A program made the translations under genes and the position numbers. The notes below the pieces were generated by a model. It worked only from the letters and a program-made list of their open reading frames with translations, made no database searches and was not told where the DNA came from. A stretch of 64,000 nucleotides of DNA from Thermoplasmatota archaeon (GTDB lineage: Archaea > Thermoplasmatota > E2 > JACPAO01 > JAHFTW01): the NCBI GenBank assembly GCA_041601615.1, contig JBFIHX010000004.1, positions 160,001 to 224,000 on the forward strand. The letters are read 5' to 3'. Shown in pieces: positions 48,225-57,773 of this stretch (the stretch's first letter is position 1; each line of letters starts with the position of its first letter).

Positions 48225-48494
48225 TTAGACGAAGGCGCAAACGGATTCGTCGCCATCATGGGCAAAAACGCATGCCTTGGGCCGGGGTGCCACTTGGACG
48301 CAGCCGAATCCGTCGTAGGATCCGCGATTCTCTACAGTGACGGCACAGAATCCCGAGGCGTTGGTGCGGCCTACGCAGGAGTCGTAGCCGGTGTCCCATT
48401 CCAAGCAAGTGCCGTTCCATGCAGTGGCAGTGGGCGCGGTCATTGCGAGGGTGGTTAGAATCAGCATTCCGGTGATGAGAACAGTACGCATCAT
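48225..48494 (-). CDS. Small secreted six-Cys protein
   Basis: Signal peptide ending ATA; about 64-aa mature region with 6 Cys. Confidence 0.65.
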   Translation of the reverse strand: MMRTVLITGMLILTTLAMTAPTATAWNGTCLEWDTGYDSCVGRTNASGFCAVTVENRGSYDGFGCVQVAPRPKACVFAHDGDESVCAFV

Positions 48495-48545
48495 GTAGCC
48501 ATCCGCATGCAGACCATGAGTCTTGCCCAGGTGCTGCAATTGTCC

Positions 48546-49043
48546 CTAGGCGTCGAGGTCCCAGAGTTTGTCGCCTAGGTAGTGCACAGACGCGACCGCC
48601 TTTCCCTTCGAACTTGGCCCCATTTCGGCGCCGGGCATGGTGCACTTGCCCACGGCGAGCGGTTGTTTGTTGCGCTCGTCGCGAATCCAGCACCAGTCGC
48701 CCGGTTGCAGTTCTGGGTCTGCCTCGGTGATGCCTGGCGCCATGATGTCCGCGCCGTTGTGCACGAACCGCACAGCACCCATGTCCACGGTCACCCAGCG
48801 CGTCGTAGGGCGGTAGGCAAGCAAGCCGCGCACGGAGAGAAACAGCCCCGACTCGGCATCGCGCAAGCCGTGCACTGCGCCTTCGACCAGAAACACCTCG
48901 AAATCGGGGGCGTCCGCCGTTTCTACGGGCGCGCCGTCCTCCCAGAGGGCCATGGGTCCAAACACCGCCGCCAATTCCTCACGAAGCGAACGGACCTGCT
49001 TGTTTTTCAGGCGCGTGCGGCGACGCAGACGGTACTCGGTCAC
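48546..49043 (-). CDS. PUA-domain RNA-binding protein (MCT-1/Tma20-like)
   Basis: [32 protein letters not shown]...HYLGDKLW. Confidence 0.92.
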   Translation of the reverse strand: MTEYRLRRRTRLKNKQVRSLREELAAVFGPMALWEDGAPVETADAPDFEVFLVEGAVHGLRDAESGLFLSVRGLLAYRPTTRWVTVDMGAVRFVHNGADIMAPGITEADPELQPGDWCWIRDERNKQPLAVGKCTMPGAEMGPSSKGKAVASVHYLGDKLWDLDA

Positions 49044-49162
49044 AGCGCCGGCACAGACGCGGGACTCAAAGGCTCGTCGCAACCATTCCACGGCCGTTTC
49101 GCGTCCAATTTCTGCCCAGGTCCCGCAAGCATCATAAACGCGACCCGAGTCGCGCGCCCCAT

Positions 49163-49324
49163 ATGAGCAAGGGCACTCCCTCCATGCGGGGTGGACACAA
49201 GACGCACATCCGCTGCCGCCGCTGCGGTCGCCACGCGTACCACCTCCAGAAGAAGCGCTGCGCTTCCTGCGGCTACGGCAAGACCGCCAAGCTGCGCTCC
49301 TACAACTGGGCCAAGCACCACTAG
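49163..49324 (+). CDS. rpl37e: 50S ribosomal protein L37e
   Basis: [39 protein letters not shown]...LRSYNW; 53 aa, too short for the ORF track. Confidence 0.96.
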   Translation: MSKGTPSMRGGHKTHIRCRRCGRHAYHLQKKRCASCGYGKTAKLRSYNWAKHH

Positions 49325-49436
49325 GTGTGTTCTGGCACCCTTTCTTCCTCTTTTCCTAGCTTTGGCTTCGTTGTTTGGTGCCGGGGTTCCGTTCTGGCCG
49401 ACGAACTTTTTCAACGATGAGCCATGGCACGTGTAC

Positions 49437-49518
49437 GCAGGAGTACCCGAGTGGCCAAAGGGGTTGGGTTTAGGACCCAATGGTTAGTCCTTCGCAGGTT
49501 CGAATCCTGCCTCCTGCA
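49437..49518 (+). tRNA. tRNA-Leu (anticodon TAG)
   Basis: Acceptor GCAGGAG/CTCCTGC-A, anticodon arm TTGGG-TTTAGGA-CCCAA, long variable arm, GTTCGAATC T-loop; no CCA. Confidence 0.93.
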
Positions 49519-49605
49519 TTCGATTCGTTTGGCCCGTAGCGTTGCTGTGGTGCGCTTTGTGGGTGGGTCGCTGGGCCAGCTTGGCTGTCGTGGAAGCCTG
49601 CGTGA

Positions 49606-50109
49606 TCAACCTTGGGCGCGTGCTGCTGCCTGACGGAGGTTGGTCCATGCGTGGAGGGGGACGTGGTAGCGTTGGTTTCCGTGGCCAGAGCGCACGAGCA
49701 GGTCCAGTTCCTCCATTTTTTGCAGGCAGGCACGGGCGCGGAACCTGGAGGTGTGGGTTTGTTCCATGACGACGGGCACGGTCACCTCGGGGCGTTGTCG
49801 CAGCAGTTCCAGGACTCGGGCAACGAGGGGCCGCCGCAGGGCGACGATGCGCTGCATTTCCCCATCGGTTCGGGGACTTGGGAAAACGGACGTGCAGCGA
49901 CCATGGTGCAGGATTTGGACCATGCCTCGTTGCTGTAACCTGTCTAGGTGGTAGCCGACGGTGCCCCAGCCAAGATCGTGGAGCCGGACGAGTTCGGACT
50001 TGGTGATGCCTTCGTCGGCCCGGATGGTTTCCATGATCATTTGGCGGGTCGTGCAGGAGCCGCTGCTCGATGCGATCTTGTCGGTGTTTGGAAGTCGTTG
50101 CCCGGGCAT
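49606..50109 (-). CDS. Tandem winged-HTH regulator (module B)
   Basis: TRQMIMETIRADEG...LGWGTVGYHLDRLQQRG; paralog of 16129-16575. Confidence 0.8.
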   Translation of the reverse strand: MPGQRLPNTDKIASSSGSCTTRQMIMETIRADEGITKSELVRLHDLGWGTVGYHLDRLQQRGMVQILHHGRCTSVFPSPRTDGEMQRIVALRRPLVARVLELLRQRPEVTVPVVMEQTHTSRFRARACLQKMEELDLLVRSGHGNQRYHVPLHAWTNLRQAAARAQG

Positions 50110-50170
50110 GGTTGCCCAAACGGCCTTCCTGACCTAGATTTCTTTGGCCGCTGGTTCGAAATCAGCCGAT

Positions 50171-50449
50171 TTAGACGCGGTAGCAAGCCGAGATGGTGTA
50201 GCCCTTGTTCTGGCCTGTAGACGGGTCCTCGAAAGAGAAATAGAACGTTGGGGGCGGGGTTGGCGTGAATCCCACGGAGGGCGTTGGGTGGGAGTCATCC
50301 TCATCGACGCATGGGCCAATTTCGATGCGGAGGTCGAGTTGCGCCACCACCACGACGGGAATTTCTGGCAGTGCTGCCGATGCTGCGGGAATCATCAAAA
50401 GGAGGGCAAGGCAGGAGAATCCCAAGGTCAGCGAATTTTTTCCTCGCAT
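50171..50449 (-). CDS. Small secreted two-Cys protein (module B)
   Basis: Signal peptide; AQLDLRIEIGPCV...GQNKGY...C. Confidence 0.7.
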   Translation of the reverse strand: MRGKNSLTLGFSCLALLLMIPAASAALPEIPVVVVAQLDLRIEIGPCVDEDDSHPTPSVGFTPTPPPTFYFSFEDPSTGQNKGYTISACYRV

Positions 50450-50510
50450 GCTGGGAGCATTGATTCCGTCCTATTTGACAACAACTAGGTTTTGTAAATT
50501 CCTAGCTAGG

Positions 50511-51332
50511 TCATCCCCTGTGACTGAAGGTTGCCCCGCCTTGTCCGTCGATGCTTATGGCGGTGGTGGCGGGTCCAAACAGTTGAGAAAGCACGCCGCC
50601 GTCGGCGCGGATCGCGGCAGGCACTGGGAGGTTGGCCAGCGTGGGGGAGTTGATCACGAACTGGAGGGCGACTTCGGCTTGGGGGCCCGCTAGGAGCGTC
50701 GTCTCTTCGGTTAGAGACGTGTCGTAGGTTGGGTTGGCCCCCGTGTCACGCAGTTCGTAGGCTAGTCCGTCGGCTGTGATGAGAATGCCATCTGTGGTTG
50801 CTATGCGGTCGTTTTGGAAGGTGCCGGCCACCACCGGGACCCCTGCTGCTTCCAAGGCTTCCACGACTTCGGGCCAGTTGCTTGCAATCTCCAGCAGGTA
50901 GGTCACGTCGCCGTCGGTCTGGTTTTCGTCGCCTCGGACGGCCACGTAGGTGATGTAGGTCCAGGCGCCCTTCTGGAGGCTCTCGTTGCCGAGGGTCATG
51001 GAGCGACAGTCGAGAAAGAGCAGGGTGAGTGCTACGGGGCCGTTTTGCACGAGTTCCAGGTGCGGGGGGAGGCGTGCTTGGACCGTATCGTGGGGAGCAT
51101 GGGCGACGAAGAATGCCAACTGGCAGTCGATTGCTTCCAGGGTCTCTCCGTTCCAGATCCTCGCTTCAGGGTCTGTCTTCTGTGGCGGCTCGGATGGGTC
51201 CAAGTTGGGCGTGGCAGGGTTTGGCGTGGTGTTGTCCGGGGGGAGGAGTTCGTCGTTGCGGGCTTCGTCGGTTTCGAGGCAGCCGGCAAAGATGGCCAGA
51301 AGCAGAGTGGCTATGGGAATGGCTTGGTTCAT
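50511..51332 (-). CDS. Lipoprotein (module B)
   Basis: Lipobox FAGC; ATGA coupling to upstream regulator. Confidence 0.8.
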   Translation of the reverse strand: MNQAIPIATLLLAIFAGCLETDEARNDELLPPDNTTPNPATPNLDPSEPPQKTDPEARIWNGETLEAIDCQLAFFVAHAPHDTVQARLPPHLELVQNGPVALTLLFLDCRSMTLGNESLQKGAWTYITYVAVRGDENQTDGDVTYLLEIASNWPEVVEALEAAGVPVVAGTFQNDRIATTDGILITADGLAYELRDTGANPTYDTSLTEETTLLAGPQAEVALQFVINSPTLANLPVPAAIRADGGVLSQLFGPATTAISIDGQGGATFSHRG

Positions 51333-53245
51333 GTGGATTCCTTCAGGGTGGGGGCGATGGCTTGGAGGGGTGGAGTGAGTCGGTATTGGTTGGGTGCTGC
51401 GGTCGGTTCGAGGATGGCGACGGCCACCAGCTCACGCAGGATGGCGCGTGCTTTGCGGCGGTTGCGGTGGTGTTGTTGCAGTTGGTCTAGGATGTGCGAA
51501 CGGGCGAGGGTGCCTGAGCTGCATTGCTGGATGAGCGCGAGGGCGCCTTGTTGACCTAGGTAGCGGCGGTATTGTTCGGCTTTGACGGCGGTGGGGTCAA
51601 GGTTGGCTTCGTAGACTTTGCACCCGTCTAACCATTTGTGGACCGCGGCGCCGGCGGCGCACAGTTTGCCAAGGTGGTAGCCTGCCTTGCCTTGCTGTAG
51701 GTCTGGTTCGGTGCCGCGGTCGCGGAGTCGTTTGCGCAGTTCTTGGAAGTCTGCGGGCCCGTCGTCGCGCAGTGCTTCGTATAGGGCGCGGCGCAGGGGG
51801 TGGCCGTGGGCGACGCTCAGGGCTTCGTCAGCGCGGACGGAGTCGGTTTCAGTGTCGGGCGCCCCGGAGAGTAGGGACGCGATGCCGGCGGTCAGGAAGG
51901 TGTGGCTGCCGCTGTTGAGCATGAGGGTGGCGGAGCGGGCGCTGGCGCCGGGGGGAATGTGCGTTTGTAGGACTTCGAATGCGTCGAGGACACGTAGGTG
52001 GTAGCGCAGCGTGCCTCGGGGTAGTCCGGTGATTCGAGACAGGTCGGCGGGGCGCACGGGTTGGTGTTCGTGGATGGCTTGGAGGATGCGGCGTCGACCT
52101 GGGCTGTCCAATTCGGCGCGAGCGATGGTGGGCGTGGAGCGGCCGAGGACAAAGGTGGTGAGTCCGCGCAGGATGCCGCTTCCAAGCAAGGCGAGGGCCG
52201 TGGCAAGCAATCCGAGGCCGACGATGGCCGTGGGGGATTGCCAGAATGGTTCGTTGTTTAATTCGACGCGTACGGCTTGGCCTTGGACGGACCAGTGGGT
52301 TTTCTGGGCTTGGAGTTTCGAGTGAATTTGCAGCGCTCCTTCGATTTCGAGTGTCTCGGGATCTTGTGTGGTGCGCGTGCCGTTGATGGCGACGGCGCCG
52401 ACGATGCCCTGCCAGCGTGCGGTTCCGTCGAGGCCGCCGCGTACCTGGGTGGTGGCCAGGTTCCATCCGATTCCCGTGGTTGCGATGTCGGTTTGTCCGC
52501 CGGTGACAAGGAGCATCCAGTTGTTGTATACGTAGCGTCCAGTTCCGGTGATGGGGTCAATGATGCTCTGGGAAAGGTTGAGGCTTCGGCCGGCTTCTAG
52601 TGGCTGCTCGGCGCCGGGAAACCACACGGTCCCGGCCGGCACGAGTATGTTGGCCCTTGCGTTGGTGATGGTGGCATCGTGGACTCGAGCGTGGGTGTGG
52701 GGTTTGGGAAACCGGATGTCGGTGTCGAGGGCGTAGCCGAGGCCTTGGATTGTGGCGTTGGGTGGGGGTGTGATTGTGGAGGCGGCAGATGCGATGGTGG
52801 TCCAATCCTGGGTGGACTGTATGCGAAGCCTGTGGTCCTGTGGGAGCACGCGCAGCTCTTCATGGTCCCGGTCAAGTTCGATGAGGAGGTTTCCTGTCCA
52901 GGCCCGGTCGCGCGCAACGTCGGGTTCGCCGTACCCCGCGATGATGCCCATGTCCACACCGGGACCGCGAGCCATTGTGATGATGTGGGGTTGGTTGATC
53001 CATTGGATGCGCGAGCCTTCGAGGTGGAGCGCGATGGTCCCGTACCCGCCGTCTCTGGGCCGCAGTGAGGCTCCAACGGTTTCCCAGGATAGGTCGTGGG
53101 GGCCGCGCATGGTGGTGGCGCCGGAGGAATGGAATGCACCTGCGACTGGTTCTGCCACGGCGGAGCTTGCCGCAGAAAGGAGTAGGCTAACAAGGCAAGC
53201 CAGCAGAAGGGAAGTGTTTGGGTAGCGGCGACCGGTTCGGTGCAT
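51329..53245 (-). CDS. Membrane-tethered regulator: signal peptide + extracellular domain + TM + multiple wHTH (module B)
   Basis: TM AIVGLGLLATALALLGSGIL; LDSPGRRRIL...GTLRYHLRVL; HPLRRALY...YHLGKL; third degenerate HTH. Confidence 0.82.
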   Translation of the reverse strand: MHRTGRRYPNTSLLLACLVSLLLSAASSAVAEPVAGAFHSSGATTMRGPHDLSWETVGASLRPRDGGYGTIALHLEGSRIQWINQPHIITMARGPGVDMGIIAGYGEPDVARDRAWTGNLLIELDRDHEELRVLPQDHRLRIQSTQDWTTIASAASTITPPPNATIQGLGYALDTDIRFPKPHTHARVHDATITNARANILVPAGTVWFPGAEQPLEAGRSLNLSQSIIDPITGTGRYVYNNWMLLVTGGQTDIATTGIGWNLATTQVRGGLDGTARWQGIVGAVAINGTRTTQDPETLEIEGALQIHSKLQAQKTHWSVQGQAVRVELNNEPFWQSPTAIVGLGLLATALALLGSGILRGLTTFVLGRSTPTIARAELDSPGRRRILQAIHEHQPVRPADLSRITGLPRGTLRYHLRVLDAFEVLQTHIPPGASARSATLMLNSGSHTFLTAGIASLLSGAPDTETDSVRADEALSVAHGHPLRRALYEALRDDGPADFQELRKRLRDRGTEPDLQQGKAGYHLGKLCAAGAAVHKWLDGCKVYEANLDPTAVKAEQYRRYLGQQGALALIQQCSSGTLARSHILDQLQQHHRNRRKARAILRELVAVAILEPTAAPNQYRLTPPLQAIAPTLKEST

Positions 53246-53652
53246 GATGGGACGCCCAGATTCGTTCTGGAAGGATTCGTAAGGGTTCTGGGCGTTTTGT
53301 AAGGTTTGTGGCCAGATGGGTCAAATTTTGTGGCATGCTTCCACGCGCCCGGGCTCGGGCGGAATCGGGGGGTCTAGCCAAGGGCAATCAAGAAATTCGA
53401 AGGGCCCGCGCCGCGACAAGAGGCATTTTGTGGGGGATTCTGTGCCATTGGCCACCAGCTTGGCCCAAGCGGGGGGATGGAAAGAATGCGGAAGATGGGC
53501 GGAAGAGGGGTTGTTGTCTCCGGGGCAGCCGAAACGGCGCACGAAACGAATCCACTAGCTACCAAGCATCGGGGGACCGGCGCACTCGGGCGATGCCCCG
53601 GCAAGGGGCTGCTCAATGGTGTGCCCCTCGCTCAGCATTTCAAGCCGAGGGG

Positions 53653-53931
53653 CTATTCTTGGCTGGGTTGGGCGTCAATCCAGTAGAAGGTCTGGCGCGT
53701 GTCTTGGAGGTTTACGCGTTCGCGCAGCAGCCCGGTCTCGCGAAGTCGTCGAATGACTGTGTAGAGGGTGCGGCGGCCAAGGCCGGTTTGTTCTTGCATT
53801 CCCTTCATGGTGAGCGGGGCTCCTCGGCAAAGGGTTTCAAGCACGGCGCGGACGGAGGGGGGTGCGTCAGGCACGATTTGTGCGGGGTCGCCGCAGGGTC
53901 GGTCTGTCATCAATAGGAACGTGGCGCTCAT
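53653..53931 (-). CDS. Small winged-HTH protein (archaeal MarR-like)
   Basis: PPSVRAVL...PLT...TGLGRRT...LRETGL...DTRQTFY. Confidence 0.8.
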   Translation of the reverse strand: MSATFLLMTDRPCGDPAQIVPDAPPSVRAVLETLCRGAPLTMKGMQEQTGLGRRTLYTVIRRLRETGLLRERVNLQDTRQTFYWIDAQPSQE

Positions 53932-53949
53932 GCTTCTTCTCCTTTGCCC

Positions 53950-54402
53950 CTATTTTGTTGAAATTTCCGGGACAACGAGGACGGGGACATGGCTGCGTTC
54001 GAGGAGGCTTTTAGCGATGCTTCCCAGGATAAATCGCTTGATGGCGCCCCATCCGTGGTGGCCGACAACGATGAGTGCGGCTTGTTTTTTGGTCGCCGTG
54101 TCCACGAGGAGTGTTGCGGGGTGGGCTTCTTCGTGCACGACTTCGACTTGGAGGCCTTCTTCGCGCAGGGATCGCGCCCAGTCGTTGCTGAGTTGCATGA
54201 CGTCGTTGACTTGCAGTTCGGCGAGCACTTTCTGAACAGCGTCGAGGTGTTCTTCACTGGCGGCCCAACCAAGTTGGGGTGCATTGTGGGCGTGGACGAG
54301 GATGAGGGAGGCTTCGAGGTCGTGGGCGAGGCGAGCAGCAGCTTCGAGCGCACGGCGGCTTGCGGGGCTAAAGTCGATGCCGACGACGATGGGCTGGGAC
54401 AC
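53950..54402 (-). CDS. Universal stress protein
   Basis: IVVGIDFS, LIVVG, LGSIA, PVLVVP. Confidence 0.92.
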   Translation of the reverse strand: MSQPIVVGIDFSPASRRALEAAARLAHDLEASLILVHAHNAPQLGWAASEEHLDAVQKVLAELQVNDVMQLSNDWARSLREEGLQVEVVHEEAHPATLLVDTATKKQAALIVVGHHGWGAIKRFILGSIAKSLLERSHVPVLVVPEISTK

Positions 54403-54524
54403 GGCGCGAGGATTGTGGTGGTGGGCAAGGGTGTTGCTGCGAATTGCGGCGGGTTGCAGCGGACTGCGGCGATTCGTGGCAGGTCGTAGGTTTGGACCGT
54501 TGCCAAGCAGGAGGGATTCCGGCG

Positions 54525-55577
54525 TCAGCGCATCCGGACGGTGGGCATCACGAGAGATTCCTTTCCCATGGGCAGCACCATGACGAATGCGGTCTTGGCA
54601 CCGTCTGGGCGCACATGCAGGCGGCCTCCGTGCAGGCCCACGATGCCGTGTGCAATGAAGAGCTCCAGGCCGAGGCCAGCAGTCTCCTCGTCGGGCAGGA
54701 ACAAGGGATCCGTGAAGACCCGGTAGACGCGATCGTCGTTGACGCCGCCCACGAACCGAATCATGAGGCGGGCTTGTCGCCCTTCGTCTTCGAGCCGAAT
54801 CTCCACTGGTTCCGTCCCCTCGTGTTGTTGCAGGGCAAAGTGGATAATTTGCTGGAAGGCATACCCGAGGTGGTTCTCGTCTGCTAGGGCCTTGGCGTGC
54901 TTTGATCGTAGCTCCACTTGGGGTGCTTCGGCGACCATACCCTTGGCACCTGCGACGGCATCCTCCAGCAAATCATGCAGATTCGTAGGAGCGCGATGCA
55001 GCTCGAGGCGACCGGATTGAATGAACGCAGCGAGCAGGACCTGATCCACCAGGGTGCCGAGGCGAGTCAGGTTGCGTTGGACTCGTTCCAAGGAGGCCGA
55101 TTGTCGCTCGTTGAGAGGCCCGTAGCTTTGACGCTCCAGCAAATCAAGCTGGATGCGAATGGGCGTCATGGGCGTGTTCAATTCGTGCGCGACGTGGTTG
55201 ATGAAGCCCGATTTCATGCGGTCAATTTCTTCCAACTCGCCGTAGTATGCGTCGAGTTTCACGGCCTCGGTGCCCCAGCGCTGCATGACCCATACGCAAG
55301 TGACGAGGCTGCCGGCCCAAAGGATGAACACTGGCAAGACGACGGGCCCGGCGTTTTCGGGGTCAGCATTGAGATAAAAAGTACTCACGAGGGCAACACC
55401 CGCGAGCGTCAAGACCCAACCAATGACGGTGAGCAACACGAGGATGCCCGGCGCGGTGTGGCGCAGTCCCTTGTAGAAGGTGGAGGCGCGCCAGAGTGTG
55501 AACAAGCTGACGAGCACCAGCCCGGGCCACCCCACGTACAAGATGACGAGACGCAGGCCGTCCCAGGCTTCCACCAT
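54525..55577 (-). CDS. Membrane sensor histidine kinase-like protein with degenerate ATPase domain
   Basis: 3 TM; H-box VAHELNTPMTPI; G2-like GLGL; N and G1 boxes absent. Confidence 0.8.
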   Translation of the reverse strand: MVEAWDGLRLVILYVGWPGLVLVSLFTLWRASTFYKGLRHTAPGILVLLTVIGWVLTLAGVALVSTFYLNADPENAGPVVLPVFILWAGSLVTCVWVMQRWGTEAVKLDAYYGELEEIDRMKSGFINHVAHELNTPMTPIRIQLDLLERQSYGPLNERQSASLERVQRNLTRLGTLVDQVLLAAFIQSGRLELHRAPTNLHDLLEDAVAGAKGMVAEAPQVELRSKHAKALADENHLGYAFQQIIHFALQQHEGTEPVEIRLEDEGRQARLMIRFVGGVNDDRVYRVFTDPLFLPDEETAGLGLELFIAHGIVGLHGGRLHVRPDGAKTAFVMVLPMGKESLVMPTVRMR

Positions 55578-55646
55578 CGTCAGGCACTGGGGTCTGATCC
55601 AATTTAAGTCGAACCGTCGGAAAACGAATTGCCTGAATTGTTGCGG

Positions 55647-56492
55647 TCAGCCCGACAGGAGGCGGACGGCGTTGTCGTGCAAAATGCGAGCTTCCGCCTC
55701 GGCGCCAAGTCCTAGCTCCAAAAATGCCTCGACGTTGGCGGCAAGCCCCGGCACGCGAGGCCCTGGCCAGTCGCTGCCCCAAAGAACGCGCTCGGAAATG
55801 GCGCGCAAGTCGCCAAAGTAGTCTCCAAGGCGGCTGGGTGGGCATCCGGACAGGTCCAGCCAGGTGTTTGGATGCGCTGCAAGCACGGCCAGGGCGGCGT
55901 CGGTTTGGTCTGGGCGGCCGCCGTGTGCGATGACGAGGGGAAGCTTCGGGTGGGCGCTGGCGACGCGAGCGAGCACGGAAGGGTCCGAAAATTCATTGCG
56001 AGCACCGGGGAACACGCTCGGCCCGGTGTGCACCAACACCGGCATCCGCAGCGTCTCGGCGCGGGCATAGAACGAGTCTAGGCTTGGGTCGTCAGCGGAA
56101 ATTCCCTGATGAACGGGGTGGATTTTCAGTGCCCGCACGCCTCCTTGTCGCATCGAATCCACCGCCGCAGCACCATCGCCTTCGGTGGTTGGGTCGAAGC
56201 CGCCGACCGACACAAGCCGCTCTGCGTTTGTCGCGCAAAAGTCCCAGACTGCCTCTGCCTCGGCCCGTCCATAGCCCATGGTCTTTGGCGCGTTGTAGGT
56301 GATGATCCATGCTTGCCAAATGCCCTCTGCGTCCATGTAGCGAAGAAACGCCTCAGGGTCGGCTGCCAAGGCGCCAAGGCTCTGGAATGCGGGGTGGCGG
56401 CCAAGCAACTCCACCAATTCCGGCTTCATGCCCGCGGTGCGCGGCAAGTGGACGTGGGCATCGACGACGGGCAGGCCATGGCGCCAGGACAC
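55647..56492 (-). CDS. Amidohydrolase_2 family protein
   Basis: DAHVH, LKIHP, VHTG, IAHGG, WGSDWP. Confidence 0.9.
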   Translation of the reverse strand: MSWRHGLPVVDAHVHLPRTAGMKPELVELLGRHPAFQSLGALAADPEAFLRYMDAEGIWQAWIITYNAPKTMGYGRAEAEAVWDFCATNAERLVSVGGFDPTTEGDGAAAVDSMRQGGVRALKIHPVHQGISADDPSLDSFYARAETLRMPVLVHTGPSVFPGARNEFSDPSVLARVASAHPKLPLVIAHGGRPDQTDAALAVLAAHPNTWLDLSGCPPSRLGDYFGDLRAISERVLWGSDWPGPRVPGLAANVEAFLELGLGAEAEARILHDNAVRLLSG

Positions 56493-56564
56493 GCACCGCC
56501 ACCACCGGGCTTGCGTTTGGCTGCATCGGAACCGTCATGCACAGGCCACGGCTCGCCCCATCGA

Positions 56565-57773
56565 ATGGAGGCGCTGCACAGCCGCGTTTGCCAGGTGGAA
56601 GCGGCTCCGGCCTTGGAGGAACTTGCCGCCGCAGCACATCCTCGTGCCTTCCTGGACGACGGTAGTGTGGTTGTGTCCTCCGGGTGTGTAGCGCTCATCA
56701 CAGCCGAAGGACCCAAAAGGTTCCGTACCGCTCGCGAATGTGCGGAGGCGTTGTTTCGTGGCGCCCGGCGAACGGGGGATGCTCCTGCCGGCGTCGGCCC
56801 GCGCTTGGTGGGCGGATTTGGCTTCGAAGATACGTCCTTGGCAGGTCCTTGGAGCGGCTTTGGTGCGCTGCGGTTTTGGCTGCCGGCCCGACAGTTGCAC
56901 TACACTCCTGACGGCGTGTTCGAGGTCATCAACGAAGTCCCAGGCGACGCGCACCCTGCCCCTGGTGTCCTTCTGGAGGGCGCTGAACCATCGAGCCTCG
57001 ACGTGGCAGGCTGGGACGAGGCGGTTCGACAAGTCCTCCGCATCATCGGCGACGGCGAGGTCAGCAAGGTCGTCCTGTCGCGCAGCCGCAAAGCCCTAGC
57101 CGCAGACCCTGTGCAAGCGCTTGCGGCCCTGCGCCGCGTAGAACCGGAAGCAACACACTTTCTCTTCGACATAGGCTCCGCCGCGTTCTTCGGGGCCACC
57201 CCGGAACGACTCGTGGTGCGCGAAAACGACACGGTAACCACCCATGCCCTTGCAGGCTCCGCGCCCCCCGGCAAGGACGCTGGAGAAGCACTTCGTCAAA
57301 GCCCCAAGGACATCCTCGAACACGAACTCGTCACCACCTACATCCGCGGCCGCCTCGAAGGCCTCGGCGCCGAGGACGTGCACCAGGAACGCCGCCGCAT
57401 CCAGGCACTTCGCAACGTGCAACACTTGGAGACACCCATTTCCGGTCGCACCGATCGGCACATCCTGGATCTGGCCGCGACCCTGCACCCGACACCCGCC
57501 GTGTGCGGCCTGCCGCCCCGCGCCAGCCTCGCGTGGATCCAGAAACTTGAACCCAGCCGCCGAGGTTGGTACACGGGCGCCATCGGTTGGTTCGACGCCC
57601 AAGGACACGGACGCTTGCATGTGGCGCTGCGCTGCGCCCTCTCCACGGCCGATGCCACATGGCTGCACGCGGGCGCCGGCATCGTCAGCGACTCCGACCC
57701 ACGCCTCGAGTGGGAAGAAACCGAGCACAAACTGCGCAGCATCGAGGCAGCACTTGCGGAAGTGACCCCGTGA
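56565..57773 (+). CDS. menF: Isochorismate synthase
   Basis: KVVLSR, GATPERL, ALAGS, EHELV, LHPTPAVCG, RGWYTG, AGAGIV. Confidence 0.92.
   Translation: MEALHSRVCQVEAAPALEELAAAAHPRAFLDDGSVVVSSGCVALITAEGPKRFRTARECAEALFRGARRTGDAPAGVGPRLVGGFGFEDTSLAGPWSGFGALRFWLPARQLHYTPDGVFEVINEVPGDAHPAPGVLLEGAEPSSLDVAGWDEAVRQVLRIIGDGEVSKVVLSRSRKALAADPVQALAALRRVEPEATHFLFDIGSAAFFGATPERLVVRENDTVTTHALAGSAPPGKDAGEALRQSPKDILEHELVTTYIRGRLEGLGAEDVHQERRRIQALRNVQHLETPISGRTDRHILDLAATLHPTPAVCGLPPRASLAWIQKLEPSRRGWYTGAIGWFDAQGHGRLHVALRCALSTADATWLHAGAGIVSDSDPRLEWEETEHKLRSIEAALAEVTP

Noticed and set aside
53260-53335. TT(C/T)GTAA motif shared upstream of module genes (also 50491, 18422)
   Set aside because: Too short and inconsistent in orientation to support without statistics.
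49519-54520. tRNA-Leu att duplication delimiting an integrated element
   Set aside because: No direct repeat of the tRNA 3' end found; only a 7-bp inverted match near 54507.
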